64,000 bases of DNA. Source: Candidatus Iainarchaeum sp. (GTDB lineage: Archaea; Iainarchaeota; Iainarchaeia; Iainarchaeales; JAAZKV01). The notes under the pieces are model-generated. The model did not search any database and was not told the DNA's origin. It worked only from the letters and a program-made list of their open reading frames with translations. The stretch covers positions 64,001 to 128,000 of the forward strand of contig JAPLVR010000003.1 in the NCBI GenBank assembly GCA_026397015.1, in the 5' to 3' direction. The number at the start of each line of letters is the position of its first letter. Within the stretch, counting starts at the first letter, position 1. Both the position numbers and the translations under genes were made by a program. Of the stretch, positions 48,001-59,100 are shown in pieces.

Positions 48001-51000
48001 GGTAATTCCTCCTGAAATAACAGGAACGATAAAAATCGGCGAAGTTATAGGAATGGAACAGGAAGTGATAGTAGAAAATGGAACTGTAAAAGATTTGAAA
48101 ATCACAAGCGCAAAATTCGAAGGTGACATGACATCGCTGCTCAATTTATCTTTCAAGGATTCAATTGAAGGCGCGACAATAAAATCTGCCGGCGACAAAA
48201 ATTTCATGCTCTCAATAAAAATAACGAAAGCGGCTTACAGGCTCACGGCGCCGCAAACAGTTACCGGAAAAATGATAATTGATGCGGGAGTTTTGGGCGA
48301 CGACAAGGAAGTAATACAGACTTTCACGAACGAAATTCCTGTTAGTATAAGACTTACACTGCCCGGATACATCGAAAGCGACGGCTGCCTGACCGTTACG
48401 CCCGGTACGGTCGAATTCATGACCGGGTCGGATGAAGTTGTGCAAACTGTTGAAATAGAAAACGGCTGTTCTGCGGAAGGAATCACGATTCCATTGCACG
48501 GGCTTGAAGTAAAATTAAAGGACGAATCAAAGTTTGGAAATGTTTCCATTGTTGGAATGAGCGCGGCATTCAGCGCTGTTCAGTTGAGCGCAAAACCTTC
48601 CGTGCTTGCAGAGTTCCTTGAGAAGAGCACGAAAGAAACATTGACAATAAAATTCACGCCGTCAAAAACCATTGAATCCGGAAAGCAGGAAAATGTAATT
48701 ACATTCAGCGCGAAAAATATGCCGGAAGAAGGAGTGGAGGAAACAGTTGAAGCGAAAGTTAATTTGAAAATAACGATGAGCAATTTGGCACAATGCATCA
48801 AAGTTGAAGAGCCCCCAGGAGGGGTAATATTGGAAGTTGCTGCATTTAACATGGGCTACGACAGATTGGCACAGACAAGCCTCGCGCCGCAACTTGGGGC
48901 GTATGCGCAAACTTACCAGGGATTTTCAAACAGAAGTGGAATGACAAATCCATATGGGATGGGAACAGGCACAATAAACGGATTGCAATACGCAAACTAC
49001 GGAAGCCAGGGCGCCAGCACATACGAACAGAACAGCTTCGTAATCAAAAGCACCTGCGCAACGGATGTTGACATAGACCTTGACCCTGATTCAAGGGTTG
49101 TGGTTGATGAGGAAAAATTCACAATTGGTGCGGAGAGCGACCATACAGTTACTGTAAGCCCAGGGTACACTCTCGGAAGGTACAAGGTAAAGGTAAATGC
49201 AAAAGTTTCACAGACCGAAAATAGTTTCCAAAATGTTGCAACCGTAAGCGTTACCGTGAAAAAACTCGGGGATGATGACGATTGTATAAAGGTGAGCGTT
49301 TCAAAACTTAATTTCAATTCATTCGTTCAGAGCCCTGAAAATTACAGGGTATACAACTACTGCTACGATTTGGGCACAGCACTTTCAAGGAACCCTAACG
49401 CAGTTTCAATCAGCTGCGTTGCGCCGCAAAGCCCGATAAATGCAGGTTACGCAGACCCATACTTCATGGTTGGACAAAGTCAACTCTACCAAAACAATTA
49501 TCCTCTGTACGGCGGAGGAGCCGGAACAGAACTTGTGGATTACCCCGGAATTAGGCAGGGAACAACACCTTACTATTATGGATACGGACAAGGAACCCCT
49601 ACGGCAAGCAATTACACTCAAAACAGTTCATACTATGATTATTTGAGGCCGAACGGAACGTGCATGCAAAATAATTGTTCAATGGTTTCTGGAACGCGAA
49701 TAGTTAACAGAAGGCTGATAGAGGGCGGGCCAAACGGAAGCATAGAAGAAATTGTGTTCGAAGTGAGACCGAGCACGAGCTACATCCCGCAAAGAAAAAT
49801 ACAGAATGCACAGACGGGAACTTACAGCCCGATTTCCACAATAATGATGCTTAGAAATTTCGCGACAGCGGCTGATGCGAGAACAAACATTTATGGAACA
49901 ATAAATGTGGAATACACGGACAAATACGCATCAGAACAGTGCAAACAATTCCCTGTTGAGATGCAGGACATGTGGGGCCTTGCGGAAATGCTTGATTCTG
50001 CGCTGGGCAACGGAGACCCGTCGGTCGAGTCCGCTGACTGCGTTGAACCGAGCGCCCTGGACATTGTAAGCTTCTTCAAGAGAAAGGATTCTTCAAACAC
50101 AACAGGGGTAATACCTGACGGAAAATTCAACGGAAAAAGTTATTTGCATATCGCAGAACCTCCTGCAATAAAAATAGGCGGCGCGGGTTCAACAAGCTTC
50201 CTTGGAATGGGAATAACAAAATCAAGCGGCAAGTGCGGATTGAATGACAAGCTCACAAATGTAAAGGTTGGAAGCACGACCAGCTACGGCGTTTCATTTA
50301 AGGTTGAAAGCACTTCCGGTTCGGGAAGCGGATTTTTGAACCCCGGCAAAGGTCCTAACTTGGTTGTTGAGATAAACAAAAGCGGCCTCACGGCAAACTG
50401 TGCCTACATTGAGGTTCCTGTAACGGCAACTTTGAAAAGAAATGCGAACATGAAATCGGCGGAAGTTTCATGGACACTAAAAGTATTGGTGGCAAAAGAC
50501 GGTTACAAGATAACTTCGCTTGATGAATGCCAAAATGGGGCGGCAGCGAAAAAGAAGGAAGACTGCCTGAAGTTGCTCGCTGAAGAAAAGACGAAAGGTT
50601 CTTCAAAGGATAAAAAAGCCAGCGACATAATCGCCGCTGTTGTTGCGGCGCATTCCGAATGCAAAGGATTGCTTAATGAAAGCGATGTGACGACGCCGCC
50701 TGCGAAAGAAGGCACATGTAAAACAAAAGCGAAAGATTACGGATTTGAACTTATAAAAACAGAAAACAGTCTTGTTGAGAGCAAGATGGTTAACTGCAAA
50801 GAATTTTTCTGCAACTACGACCAGCTTAATGTTTTCCTGTTCAAAAACTACAAAGAAATAGACAAAAACATACAGGAGATGAAAGGAAAAAAGCAGATTT
50901 GCACGAACGAAAGCAATGGGTACAAGTTAAGCGAAATTTATAAGGAAGCGAAGACGGCAACCATTTTCCTCTGCGACAAAGGCGGTGCCATCAAAAACGA

Positions 51001-52396
51001 CCTGAACTTTTACCTCGCTGCCGACACGGAGGGAAAGTCAAATGACCCGGTTACTTTGGACTATTCGCTACCATTGAAAGAAGCTCTCACAACGGATCAA
51101 TTAGCTGCAATAAAAAACAAGACAGATGGACAATACGCTGCAATGATTAAACTCATCAACGCAATAGATAAGGCAGGGGATTTGGACAAGTACCTGATAA
51201 AAATTCCTGCAGATGCGACTGCTAATAAAACATTTTTACTCTTGGGCATGAAAGAGATAAACGGCAACTACTATATGCCGCTGAGAAATTATAGGCAAGT
51301 GCTTGAGGCCGTTGTTTCAAAAGCAGGAACTGCGTGCGCAACACCAGGCGCCGATTGCGAAATCACTGTTAAGTGTACAAACATAAGCCCTGATACAAAA
51401 ATTCTGCTCAAAAATGCGGCGATAGAGCACCTTGCAAGCGCAACCTTAATCAAGGGGGTATTGCAAAACGGCAACGGCGGTCTTTCACAAGCGGAGATTG
51501 AGAAAATATATGTTCAGAACCCCGCACTTAACGAGATTAGAAAACTGGCAAACAATGTTTTGCTCCTTACAACAATCAAGCCGACGGAAGAAAACAAGAA
51601 TAATTTTGAAATTTGGGTTGATGACCAAACTTTCAGCGACTCCATTGCGGAAAAGTTGAAAGAATTTATTTTGGAAACACCTGTCCACGAGTTAGAATTC
51701 AAAAGTGGGAATACTGCGCCTGGCAAATACGATGTTAACATGGATTACGAATACTGCAAAGGAGAATCGCCAATGGCAGTTAATGTTGGTGATAAAAAAG
51801 TTGTTGACGGCGCTGCTGAAGCGGGAAAAAATATTTTGCTGCAGACAGGATACAAAGTAAATAAAATCGAGGGAAGTTTGAGAGATTCGGAAAGCAACAC
51901 AATAGTCGCAGCCAACGGAGATTTCTACTTGAGAACTCCTGTAAAAATCACTGTTACTACTGGAATGGGCGAAAGTGGGTTCGATTACTTTTTGAAGGAC
52001 GGTCCAAAAGGTGTTCCGGACAATTTGATAACATGGCGTACTTCAAACGACGCAATATTTTCGAAGGGCAAAGGAATCGGCGGATCAAAGTTTAGAGTGG
52101 AGATAAAGGCAGGCAGCGCAACTACGTTGAAGGGAATATATTATTACCCTGACCAGGGAAGCATGATATTCGAAGGTGGAAACGCTTCAGAAAGAACAAT
52201 AAACGCAAGTGACCCAATAGGAAAAGGCAACCAGTTTGGCACATCGAATCAGGTATTACAGATCTCTGGTGATGCAACACTGGCAACTCCTTCGCTTGAA
52301 GAAGTAATAGGATACGTGAAGGGCGGCGATAAGGCGTGCATAGCAGAAGATGGAAGCTACTTATATTGGAACGAATCTGAACTTATAAAAAAATAA
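45014..52396 (+). CDS. Giant membrane-anchored surface protein 2 (~2460 aa)
   Basis: Intact ORF with the same N-terminal motif plus TM helix and carboxypeptidase-regulatory-like repeats. Confidence 0.9.
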   Translation: MGITDSLKDAYFKIEDKWYNFVDRVSEMLPIFGNAVDAVEEKGIPSLPLAIAIIILLIFGIYLVFMMGASSTLTIVVKDAGENPLADAEVTVFLNGIAQNPRSTDADGRVAIYLANGNYKIKIGKENYSPQDLDITVNGSEEKKIILLPEDTTIAKMVKLKTANGALIPGNGTVVYSCEETGESGVTTYANGEFKAAFKNPCQTIVTESVSGYDVTSGRISFSGAYDTVELEEKIVGTGKVIVNLSSNSADNPVHAGIKVMLISIDSSVLPITEPTQTETVEFLNVPTGSYKVVVSDPEGKFAEVDSSALEQPKTVSKDGVTTFNIALQKSASAEIRISILDASTSVPIMGAEVRLIKDNTTLNTEITGTTGQVTFKIVEGSVYSLQVDHPDYLRADELSVSSAKPSIQINLTRANETNARTLAVTVVDPDNLVIEGVKVFLRKTDETQVGEPKVTGADGKVEFYNLDLGQTYYVYAIKEGFEGANSSTIQITPRVENNLKVTLNIGKGIINISVMDAEKAAVVGATVTAIDYFTGKQIEKVSQQVTSASGTASFEIRADKKVYFTVEATGYMKHYTSSVYPNVGAPTEKEVVLVRETGALSAEIIGIYSGSQIVSSTDKSIAQGTYTVKAVLVVPKGSFSEAGLHLRTGKAENGKTNLMEEDSIYLGRIASSATKTVRGTTYTPPSGYDADQKNLTSGNSKWANSVWKNPSGGAYEVEAELVVTATNTGMALDLWYRAWAKGSSMLRYPSDAPQQDLYAKANRYVLSSDATNLCIASFCRSYYIETLSGGDKGKKNYITNTFEAKNDTNYALIFTLTNNTGRAIADALLNIDGKSLSIDGIEVDGKKVESPVSLGALGKDSFTSGRILFSTIKSGVATIRLLVNSSAKNEFDETVTVKVPANKKFSLSIIPAEIIPYLDNTMFFEAKDDNAMLDNAVIEIYSGKSLIGTVETNEEGIAQYELEAPSPGTTIKVVAKKEGYDKVEIEKEVDEQILTVIPPEITGTIKIGEVIGMEQEVIVENGTVKDLKITSAKFEGDMTSLLNLSFKDSIEGATIKSAGDKNFMLSIKITKAAYRLTAPQTVTGKMIIDAGVLGDDKEVIQTFTNEIPVSIRLTLPGYIESDGCLTVTPGTVEFMTGSDEVVQTVEIENGCSAEGITIPLHGLEVKLKDESKFGNVSIVGMSAAFSAVQLSAKPSVLAEFLEKSTKETLTIKFTPSKTIESGKQENVITFSAKNMPEEGVEETVEAKVNLKITMSNLAQCIKVEEPPGGVILEVAAFNMGYDRLAQTSLAPQLGAYAQTYQGFSNRSGMTNPYGMGTGTINGLQYANYGSQGASTYEQNSFVIKSTCATDVDIDLDPDSRVVVDEEKFTIGAESDHTVTVSPGYTLGRYKVKVNAKVSQTENSFQNVATVSVTVKKLGDDDDCIKVSVSKLNFNSFVQSPENYRVYNYCYDLGTALSRNPNAVSISCVAPQSPINAGYADPYFMVGQSQLYQNNYPLYGGGAGTELVDYPGIRQGTTPYYYGYGQGTPTASNYTQNSSYYDYLRPNGTCMQNNCSMVSGTRIVNRRLIEGGPNGSIEEIVFEVRPSTSYIPQRKIQNAQTGTYSPISTIMMLRNFATAADARTNIYGTINVEYTDKYASEQCKQFPVEMQDMWGLAEMLDSALGNGDPSVESADCVEPSALDIVSFFKRKDSSNTTGVIPDGKFNGKSYLHIAEPPAIKIGGAGSTSFLGMGITKSSGKCGLNDKLTNVKVGSTTSYGVSFKVESTSGSGSGFLNPGKGPNLVVEINKSGLTANCAYIEVPVTATLKRNANMKSAEVSWTLKVLVAKDGYKITSLDECQNGAAAKKKEDCLKLLAEEKTKGSSKDKKASDIIAAVVAAHSECKGLLNESDVTTPPAKEGTCKTKAKDYGFELIKTENSLVESKMVNCKEFFCNYDQLNVFLFKNYKEIDKNIQEMKGKKQICTNESNGYKLSEIYKEAKTATIFLCDKGGAIKNDLNFYLAADTEGKSNDPVTLDYSLPLKEALTTDQLAAIKNKTDGQYAAMIKLINAIDKAGDLDKYLIKIPADATANKTFLLLGMKEINGNYYMPLRNYRQVLEAVVSKAGTACATPGADCEITVKCTNISPDTKILLKNAAIEHLASATLIKGVLQNGNGGLSQAEIEKIYVQNPALNEIRKLANNVLLLTTIKPTEENKNNFEIWVDDQTFSDSIAEKLKEFILETPVHELEFKSGNTAPGKYDVNMDYEYCKGESPMAVNVGDKKVVDGAAEAGKNILLQTGYKVNKIEGSLRDSESNTIVAANGDFYLRTPVKITVTTGMGESGFDYFLKDGPKGVPDNLITWRTSNDAIFSKGKGIGGSKFRVEIKAGSATTLKGIYYYPDQGSMIFEGGNASERTINASDPIGKGNQFGTSNQVLQISGDATLATPSLEEVIGYVKGGDKACIAEDGSYLYWNESELIKK

Positions 52397-52487
52397 CAAA
52401 ATGATTTCAGAGCTGTGGCAAAAAAATAATTTTCAAAAAAATTTCAGAACAGGAATGGGCTAATTTTTATTTTTAGGAGCTGTAAAG

Positions 52488-52991
52488 ATGGACAAAAAGC
52501 CGACAATCGCCCTGCTCATATGCCTCATCTGCCTTTTCTCGGGATTCATTTACTCCTTTCAAAACCCAAGCTGGAATTTTCTTGCATCAATTCCATTGGC
52601 ATTTCTCGTGCTCGGCTTTTTTCTGATGGGCGCATTATTTTTCGGCTACCTTGCCTTTTTACCGCACATATTTTACGGGCTGGCAATCGGCACCGACAGA
52701 AACGCGGCAATATTTCTGTACATTTTTCCGATAACGGTTGCGACCTATGCGGGTGCGAAACTGGGCTTTGCACTGGAAAGCGATTTCAAGCTTGAAAAAT
52801 ATTTTTTGGAAGAGGGCAAAAGCGTTCTCGCAATGGTTGTTATTGCGGTTCTTATTGCAATTGCAATAGAAATCGCATTGCCTCAAATAATTTCCATGAT
52901 TCCGGAGGATTTTTTGGGGATGAACATAAAGGAAGGAGAAACAACACTTGGCTTCCTTGACAAGCTGGCGGGAATGGTGGGCAAACCTTAA
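52488..52991 (+). CDS. Multi-TM membrane protein (weakly SpoIIM/DUF95-like)
   Basis: Four to five TM helices; LPH and A.YAG..LG..IAIE patterns. Confidence 0.55.
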   Translation: MDKKPTIALLICLICLFSGFIYSFQNPSWNFLASIPLAFLVLGFFLMGALFFGYLAFLPHIFYGLAIGTDRNAAIFLYIFPITVATYAGAKLGFALESDFKLEKYFLEEGKSVLAMVVIAVLIAIAIEIALPQIISMIPEDFLGMNIKEGETTLGFLDKLAGMVGKP

Positions 52992-53158
52992 CGTTCCGAA
53001 ATGAAATTCAAACGAAATTTTTTTCCTTTTAAAGAAAGATTGCTTCCAAAATTTGCGCGATTTTGGCGCAATTAGTAAAGTATATAAATGACTGTATAAT
53101 ATAGTTATGTAAGGTTTGAAATTTTTTAACTTGATGGGAAAAACGCGGTTTGGTTCTG

Positions 53159-56100
53159 ATGGAAATAGGGGAGAAACTGAGGGATTTTTACTACGCCGGG
53201 GAAGAAAAATGGTACGGCTTTCTCGACAGGTTGGATGAACACATACCGATATACAAGGTAATTGACCCGATTGACGATGTTGTGCCGAGTTTCGCATTAT
53301 TCGTTGTCCTTGCCATAATTTTACTTCTCCTGCTCGGCTTGTTCCTGGTAGGAACTGTTTTCACACAAAATATTGCAACACTCAAATTGATGGTTTCGGA
53401 TGAAGCGGGAAACGCAGTTGAAGGAGCGACAATAATATTGTCGGGGCCTGTTAGCCTTGAAAATACTTCGAATGCGTACGGCCTTCTGCCGGATGTCGCG
53501 CTGCCCCTCAATTCGACTGTAAAAATTGTCGTGTCAAAAGAAGGCGTAACGACTGTAAAAGAAATTTATATTTCCGAAATGCTGATGCAGGAAGAGATAA
53601 TCCTTCCGGTAAAAAGCATTTCATTCGAACCGAAAGCAATAAAGCTTTTGACGCCGACGGGAAGCCTTGCGACGGACCAGATAACGCTCACATTTTCGTG
53701 CTCGAATCCTGAGGCTACGCCGCCTGAAGAAGTTACCACTTCAACCGGAATTGTAAATGTGAATTCCCCTAGCGACTGCGGAACATTGCAGGCGACAATA
53801 AAATCTGACAAGTACGAAGCGGGTCCATACTCAATAACTTCTACAATTCTTTATCTGAAGGAGCTTGTGGTAAAAGGGGCAAGGGTAACGGTTAATCTGA
53901 AATACAACGGGAAACTTATAGCAGAATCAGTTCCGGTAGAGGCTTACAGGGCAAACAACATCTACTCGCCGATAGATACAGAGCGCTCATACAACGGACA
54001 GGCGATTTTCGACCTGCCGGAAGGGGGTTATTACTTCCAGTCAAAAACAACAAGCATCTACAAATCCGGCAGATCCGATACAATTCAGGCAAGTGCGGAC
54101 AAGGTTAATTCTGTTGAAATAGAATTGGACAAAAATATTGTCGGAACGATAAAGGTAAATGTTAAAAAAGACGGCTTGGTTGCAAGCGGAGTTTACGTTT
54201 CAATAAGAAAAGGAATGAGCGAAGTAAACAATGATGAAACGGATTCAAACGGAAGCGTCGCATTTGATGTGGCGGAAGAAGGGCCTTACAGGGTAATGGC
54301 GTCGCTCGACGGTTATTGCACCGCAACGGCAACGGATGTTGCAGTGGGGGCGACCGTTGATTTGGTGCTGGTCGGGAGCACGGGCACATGCGGTTCCATC
54401 TTGATTGCGCGCGTAACCGATTCGGAGGGAAGAAAAGTTCCCTACGCAAAAGTTGTTTTGTTCGGAGAAAATGATGCAGGAGTTTACAAACTCGGCTACG
54501 CGGAAAGAGTAACTGACTTCAACGGAGAGGCAAGATGGGGCACCATCCCCGATTCAACCGAAAACATAAGGGTTTTCGCTTACAAATCGTCATACAACGG
54601 TTGGAGCGAAGCGAGAGTATTCAATTCCGGAAATGCCGATATTCCGTTTGAAGTGACGCTTGAAATTCCGTACGGAACTGTAAATGTTTCGGTGAAAGAC
54701 AGGGACGGAAATCCTTTACAATATGCTACAGTTACCCTTTATGATGATTATTCGCAGGGCAATGTAATCGGAACAAGAATTGTAGAGGATGTAACTGGAG
54801 TTGTTTCGCTCAAAGTGAAGGCGGATAAAAAAGTTTATGCCGTTGTTTCAAAAGATTCTGAAGAAGCGAATGATTTGGGATACGAAACTGTCACTACAGT
54901 TCCTAAACAAGTCACCGGAAACGGAACAATTACATTCGATGTTGTGCTGCCAAGACCTCCGCAGGACAAGATAAAGGTTGACTTCCTTGGATTGTACAAG
55001 GGGGATTTGAAGGCGCTGAAAGTCGAGGCTGCGCAGGAATACGACGCGATATTTGCTGTAACGGCGCCGCTTGATTATGACAATCTCGGGTTATTTGTCA
55101 GAGTTGGAAAAGACAATGTTACGAAAACCGAGCTCGACAAATTGTACATCAAGGATGTGGAAGCGCCGCGAATCCACACAATCACAAAAGGAAGCTCATA
55201 CAACCCCCCAAAGGGAGGGGAGACGGATTCGCAATATCTGAATCTGGAGGAAAGCAAGTGGGCGCAGGTGACATGGGCGGAAGGAAGCTACAACCCCGGA
55301 AAAATAATGGTAAAAGTGAAAATAAAAATTAGAGACGGCGCCCAAATGGGAGATGATTTGGTAATCGCTTACAGGGCATTCGGGGTGCTAAGCGGAAGCT
55401 ACAACCGCGACCCTCTGGACGATGCGCTGGGAACGGCGGAGAGCAGCAGCGCGAAAAGCCCGCTCTACGCGGAATGCAGCGAAGAACTTTTGAAAGTCGG
55501 GGAAGAATCCCTCTGCGAAGTAACGGATTCGGGAAGAACTTTTTGCGTAACTTCAAATTACATTGACGCGAAAGAAAATTTTATTCATTACTTCGACACA
55601 AGCTTTGACGCGAAAAACAATGAAACCTATTATTTGGGTGTAAAAGTTTTGAACGGCTCCTCAAGGCCGCAGGACATCTACGAAAAGGCGAAAACAAAAT
55701 TCCAAAACACCGAAGAAAATGTTTATATGGAAAATTACACTTTACTTACACCGACTTCAATCAATTCGAACGGAAGCATAAACGGGTTTGAAGGCGAATG
55801 GATTGACACCTCAAATTTCGAACAGGGCACCTCAATCAACCTCAATTCGATGACATTGAAGCCGCAAAAATCCGGAACAGGAACAATACTAATGAGAATA
55901 AGGGATGGAAACGAACTAATATTTGAGAAGCCATTCGTTTTGAATATTGCCGCGACGGAAAAATTGCGCATTGAATTCATGGTGAACGGCGAATTCCAGG
56001 CAGAGATGCCGAAACTTTTGCCGGGAAAAGATGAAAATATTACTGTAAAGGTTTTCAACGCAGGAACAAATTTGGAGGTAAGCGGAGCGATAGTAAAAAT

Positions 56101-59100
56101 ATTCGACCGCTTCGGAACAAAACTTTCTGAAAAAACAACAAACACAATAGGAATCGCGACGGTAATTCTTCCGGCCGGAATGCCTGGAGAAAAAATGAAG
56201 CTCGTTGTGGAAAAAGGAGGATACGAAACGCTTGAATTCCCTTTCAATATAAGTGATGAAGTTGTCGATGTTACTCCTGCCGACCTCACATTTACTCTTA
56301 ATCCTCAGACAACCCCTGAAGAAAGCAAAACGGTAAAAATAGAAAATAAAACCGGAATCGATTTGGAGATAAGGGAAATAATACTTACCGGAAAATTCAA
56401 GGGTCTGCTCGACGAGGCAAGGATAGCGAGCTGGTTCGAAACAATGAAAGGAAAAATAATCAAAGCGCAGGACTACGAAGAAATCGACTTCAAAGTCATA
56501 ATTGCAAAAGTAATACCACAGGCGGACGATTTGGAAGGAACATTCCAGATAGTAGTGGGCAGCGAGGAAAGAGAGTGGGTAAAAGAAGTTAAGGCAAAAA
56601 TAAGGGTAGGAGTAGGAAATGACGTTGACGACCCGAATTGTTTGAGTTTAACGGCGACAAACTGGGTTGCGAGCACGGAAGGAAAAGAAATAGAGTTCAG
56701 CTTCAACATTAAAAATGACTGCCTCGTTTCCGGAAAACTCGTTCCAATAAGAAATCTCGGAGCAAGACTCGAAACCACCGGAAATAATCTCGGAGAATTT
56801 ACCGTGCAATCAAGGGCGACCGCCGTTTCACTAAGCAAAGCATACTCAAGAATTTTCAGGCCGACAGTTTCGGAAGGGGAAACAATTCCTGTGACCGTTA
56901 AATTCGCGCCGTACGCGGGAATAAACGGAACAACAAGCGGAACAATCACATTCGAAGCGCTGAACAAAACAGATTCAAAAGACCAAAAACTTGTTGCGGC
57001 ACTAAATTTCACAATAAATGTGGTAAATTTGCAGGAATGCATAGTAATAGGTGCGGACTTGATTACCGTTCCTGTTGGCGGACAGCAGGGATTCTCAATC
57101 GCAAACAACTGCCCGGACAAAGTCGACATACAGGTTCAAACGGATTTGCAGGTTTCACAGGACAAATTCTCAATTGCAACCGGTGGCAGCGAAGAAGTAG
57201 TAGTATCGAGAACGGAAGGGGATGTTCCGGGAGCGTACAACATACTGGTTTACGGGAGGCAAAAAGGAATGCCTCTCAGATTAATCGGAAATGTAAAGGC
57301 GATACTCGAAGCGGAAGGCTGCTTCCAGCTGTCAAGATACGAATACGATGTTTATGATTCTCCTTTCAATGACAAAAAAGGAACTGCCGACGGAATCGAC
57401 AGGGGCTTTTTGAAAAATGTGTGCACACAAAAATCTGTTTCGGTGGAAATAAGCGGCACCGAACCGGTAAACTGGAAAAAGATTTTGCTTGATGCGCTGA
57501 TTGGCGGAATTTCCGGGTACACGAAAGGTGGAATCTGGGGCGACAACAACAATTGGCCGCACAAAGACAATCCCGATGTGTCAAAAAACATTAACGATGA
57601 TTTCAAAGAACTTGCAGGAATGAGAAGTACTGCTGCAACAAACCTCACACAGCCAATTAAACAAAATTTTGCAGAAATAACAACTGCAAAAGATAACATG
57701 ATAACCCAACTTAAGAGTGAAGAAACCGCCTGCAACACAAGAGCTGATGCGAGTGCAAAGGAATATTGTATAAGTAATTGTCCTGCAGAAACAGCAGCCA
57801 GTGCTCTTACTGACTGCCAAAAAGAAGTAGGCACACAGCTACAATCATTTTGCGAGAAAACATATGATGGTGCAATGAAGGACATAAAAAAATATTACGA
57901 TCCATTAGCCAAGGTTCAAAGCGAGGGAGATAAAGACTTCCAGAAAACTGTTAAAGCCGAGGCAACTGCAGATGCTACATTGAAAAAAGATTTGCAAGCA
58001 AAGGCAACAAAAGGAGTAAGCAACGAAGAAGTCGAAAAAGCCATAAAGGATAGAAGGGACAAAATTGAAAAAGAATTGAACGACAAAGCAAAAGAAATTA
58101 CTGATGAATATAACAAACAAAGACAGGAAACTGTTAATGGACTCAAAGAAGTTCAACAAAAACTAATCAACCTGCGAGATACTGGCCAGGAAGTCAGTGT
58201 TAATGCGCCTGCAGGATGCAAAGGAAGTGTTACATTATACCTTGCTGCTGAAAACACTGCCCCAAAAATAGCGCCTTCAGTCAAAACAAGCATAACAATT
58301 AAAATGCTAACTAATATTGGGATTCAGGGCAAAAATAAAATTGACAACACTGTTATTCCAGATAATCCTGTAATATTTACAAAACAAACACTTTCTCCTA
58401 ACATGAAATTAAACACTAGCGCATCCGACGCCAAAAGCGCCACTAGCACATCCAAAGCCTACAGCAGCACTAGCACATCCAACGCCAAAAGCGCCACTAC
58501 CGAAACCAAAGCCTATGGCGGCAATCCAAAAGGTGCTGAATTCATCCTCGCAACTTCAACGGGTACAATAAATCCGGTGACAACCTTAGCCAATGCCGCA
58601 AGCACTGTTAATAGCGTAACCAGTGCGACGACTTCACAGCCTTACAATAGTTTCGGCGGAGTCGGGAACCCGGGTTTCGCTAATAATTATTACGGTTCAG
58701 GAACGAACCAGGACGTTGGAAGCACGAGCATGTGCGGCGGCTCATCGGCAGACAGAACATCATCATTTATGGACAAAGCAGGCGGGGTAATAACCGATTG
58801 GGGGATCGGGTTGATGGGAGGCAATGCGATTTTCGGAGCATTGCTTGCAGGATTATTTTCATGGTTCCAGCAGTCCGACCAGGATGTTTGTTACACAAAA
58901 ACATTCGCTGTTCCTTTGGTTGAAATAACTGACGTAGCACTTTCAGCTCCTGACGGAAAGAGCGGAGTAAAGGGAATAAGCATGAGCGTTGGAGACCCGA
59001 CTTTTGATTATGATTCAAGTGTTCAGCCAAATACGCTGGGAACGGGATCACAGGGCGGAACATCAATGGGCGGCGCGGGATACTTCTACAATCCACAAAC

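Noticed and set aside
36940-58560. Recurring short F/Y-x-A motifs (LSFAA, IFFAE, LYLAAE, EFILA) near insert boundaries as processing sites
   Set aside because: Too short and degenerate to distinguish from chance without alignments.
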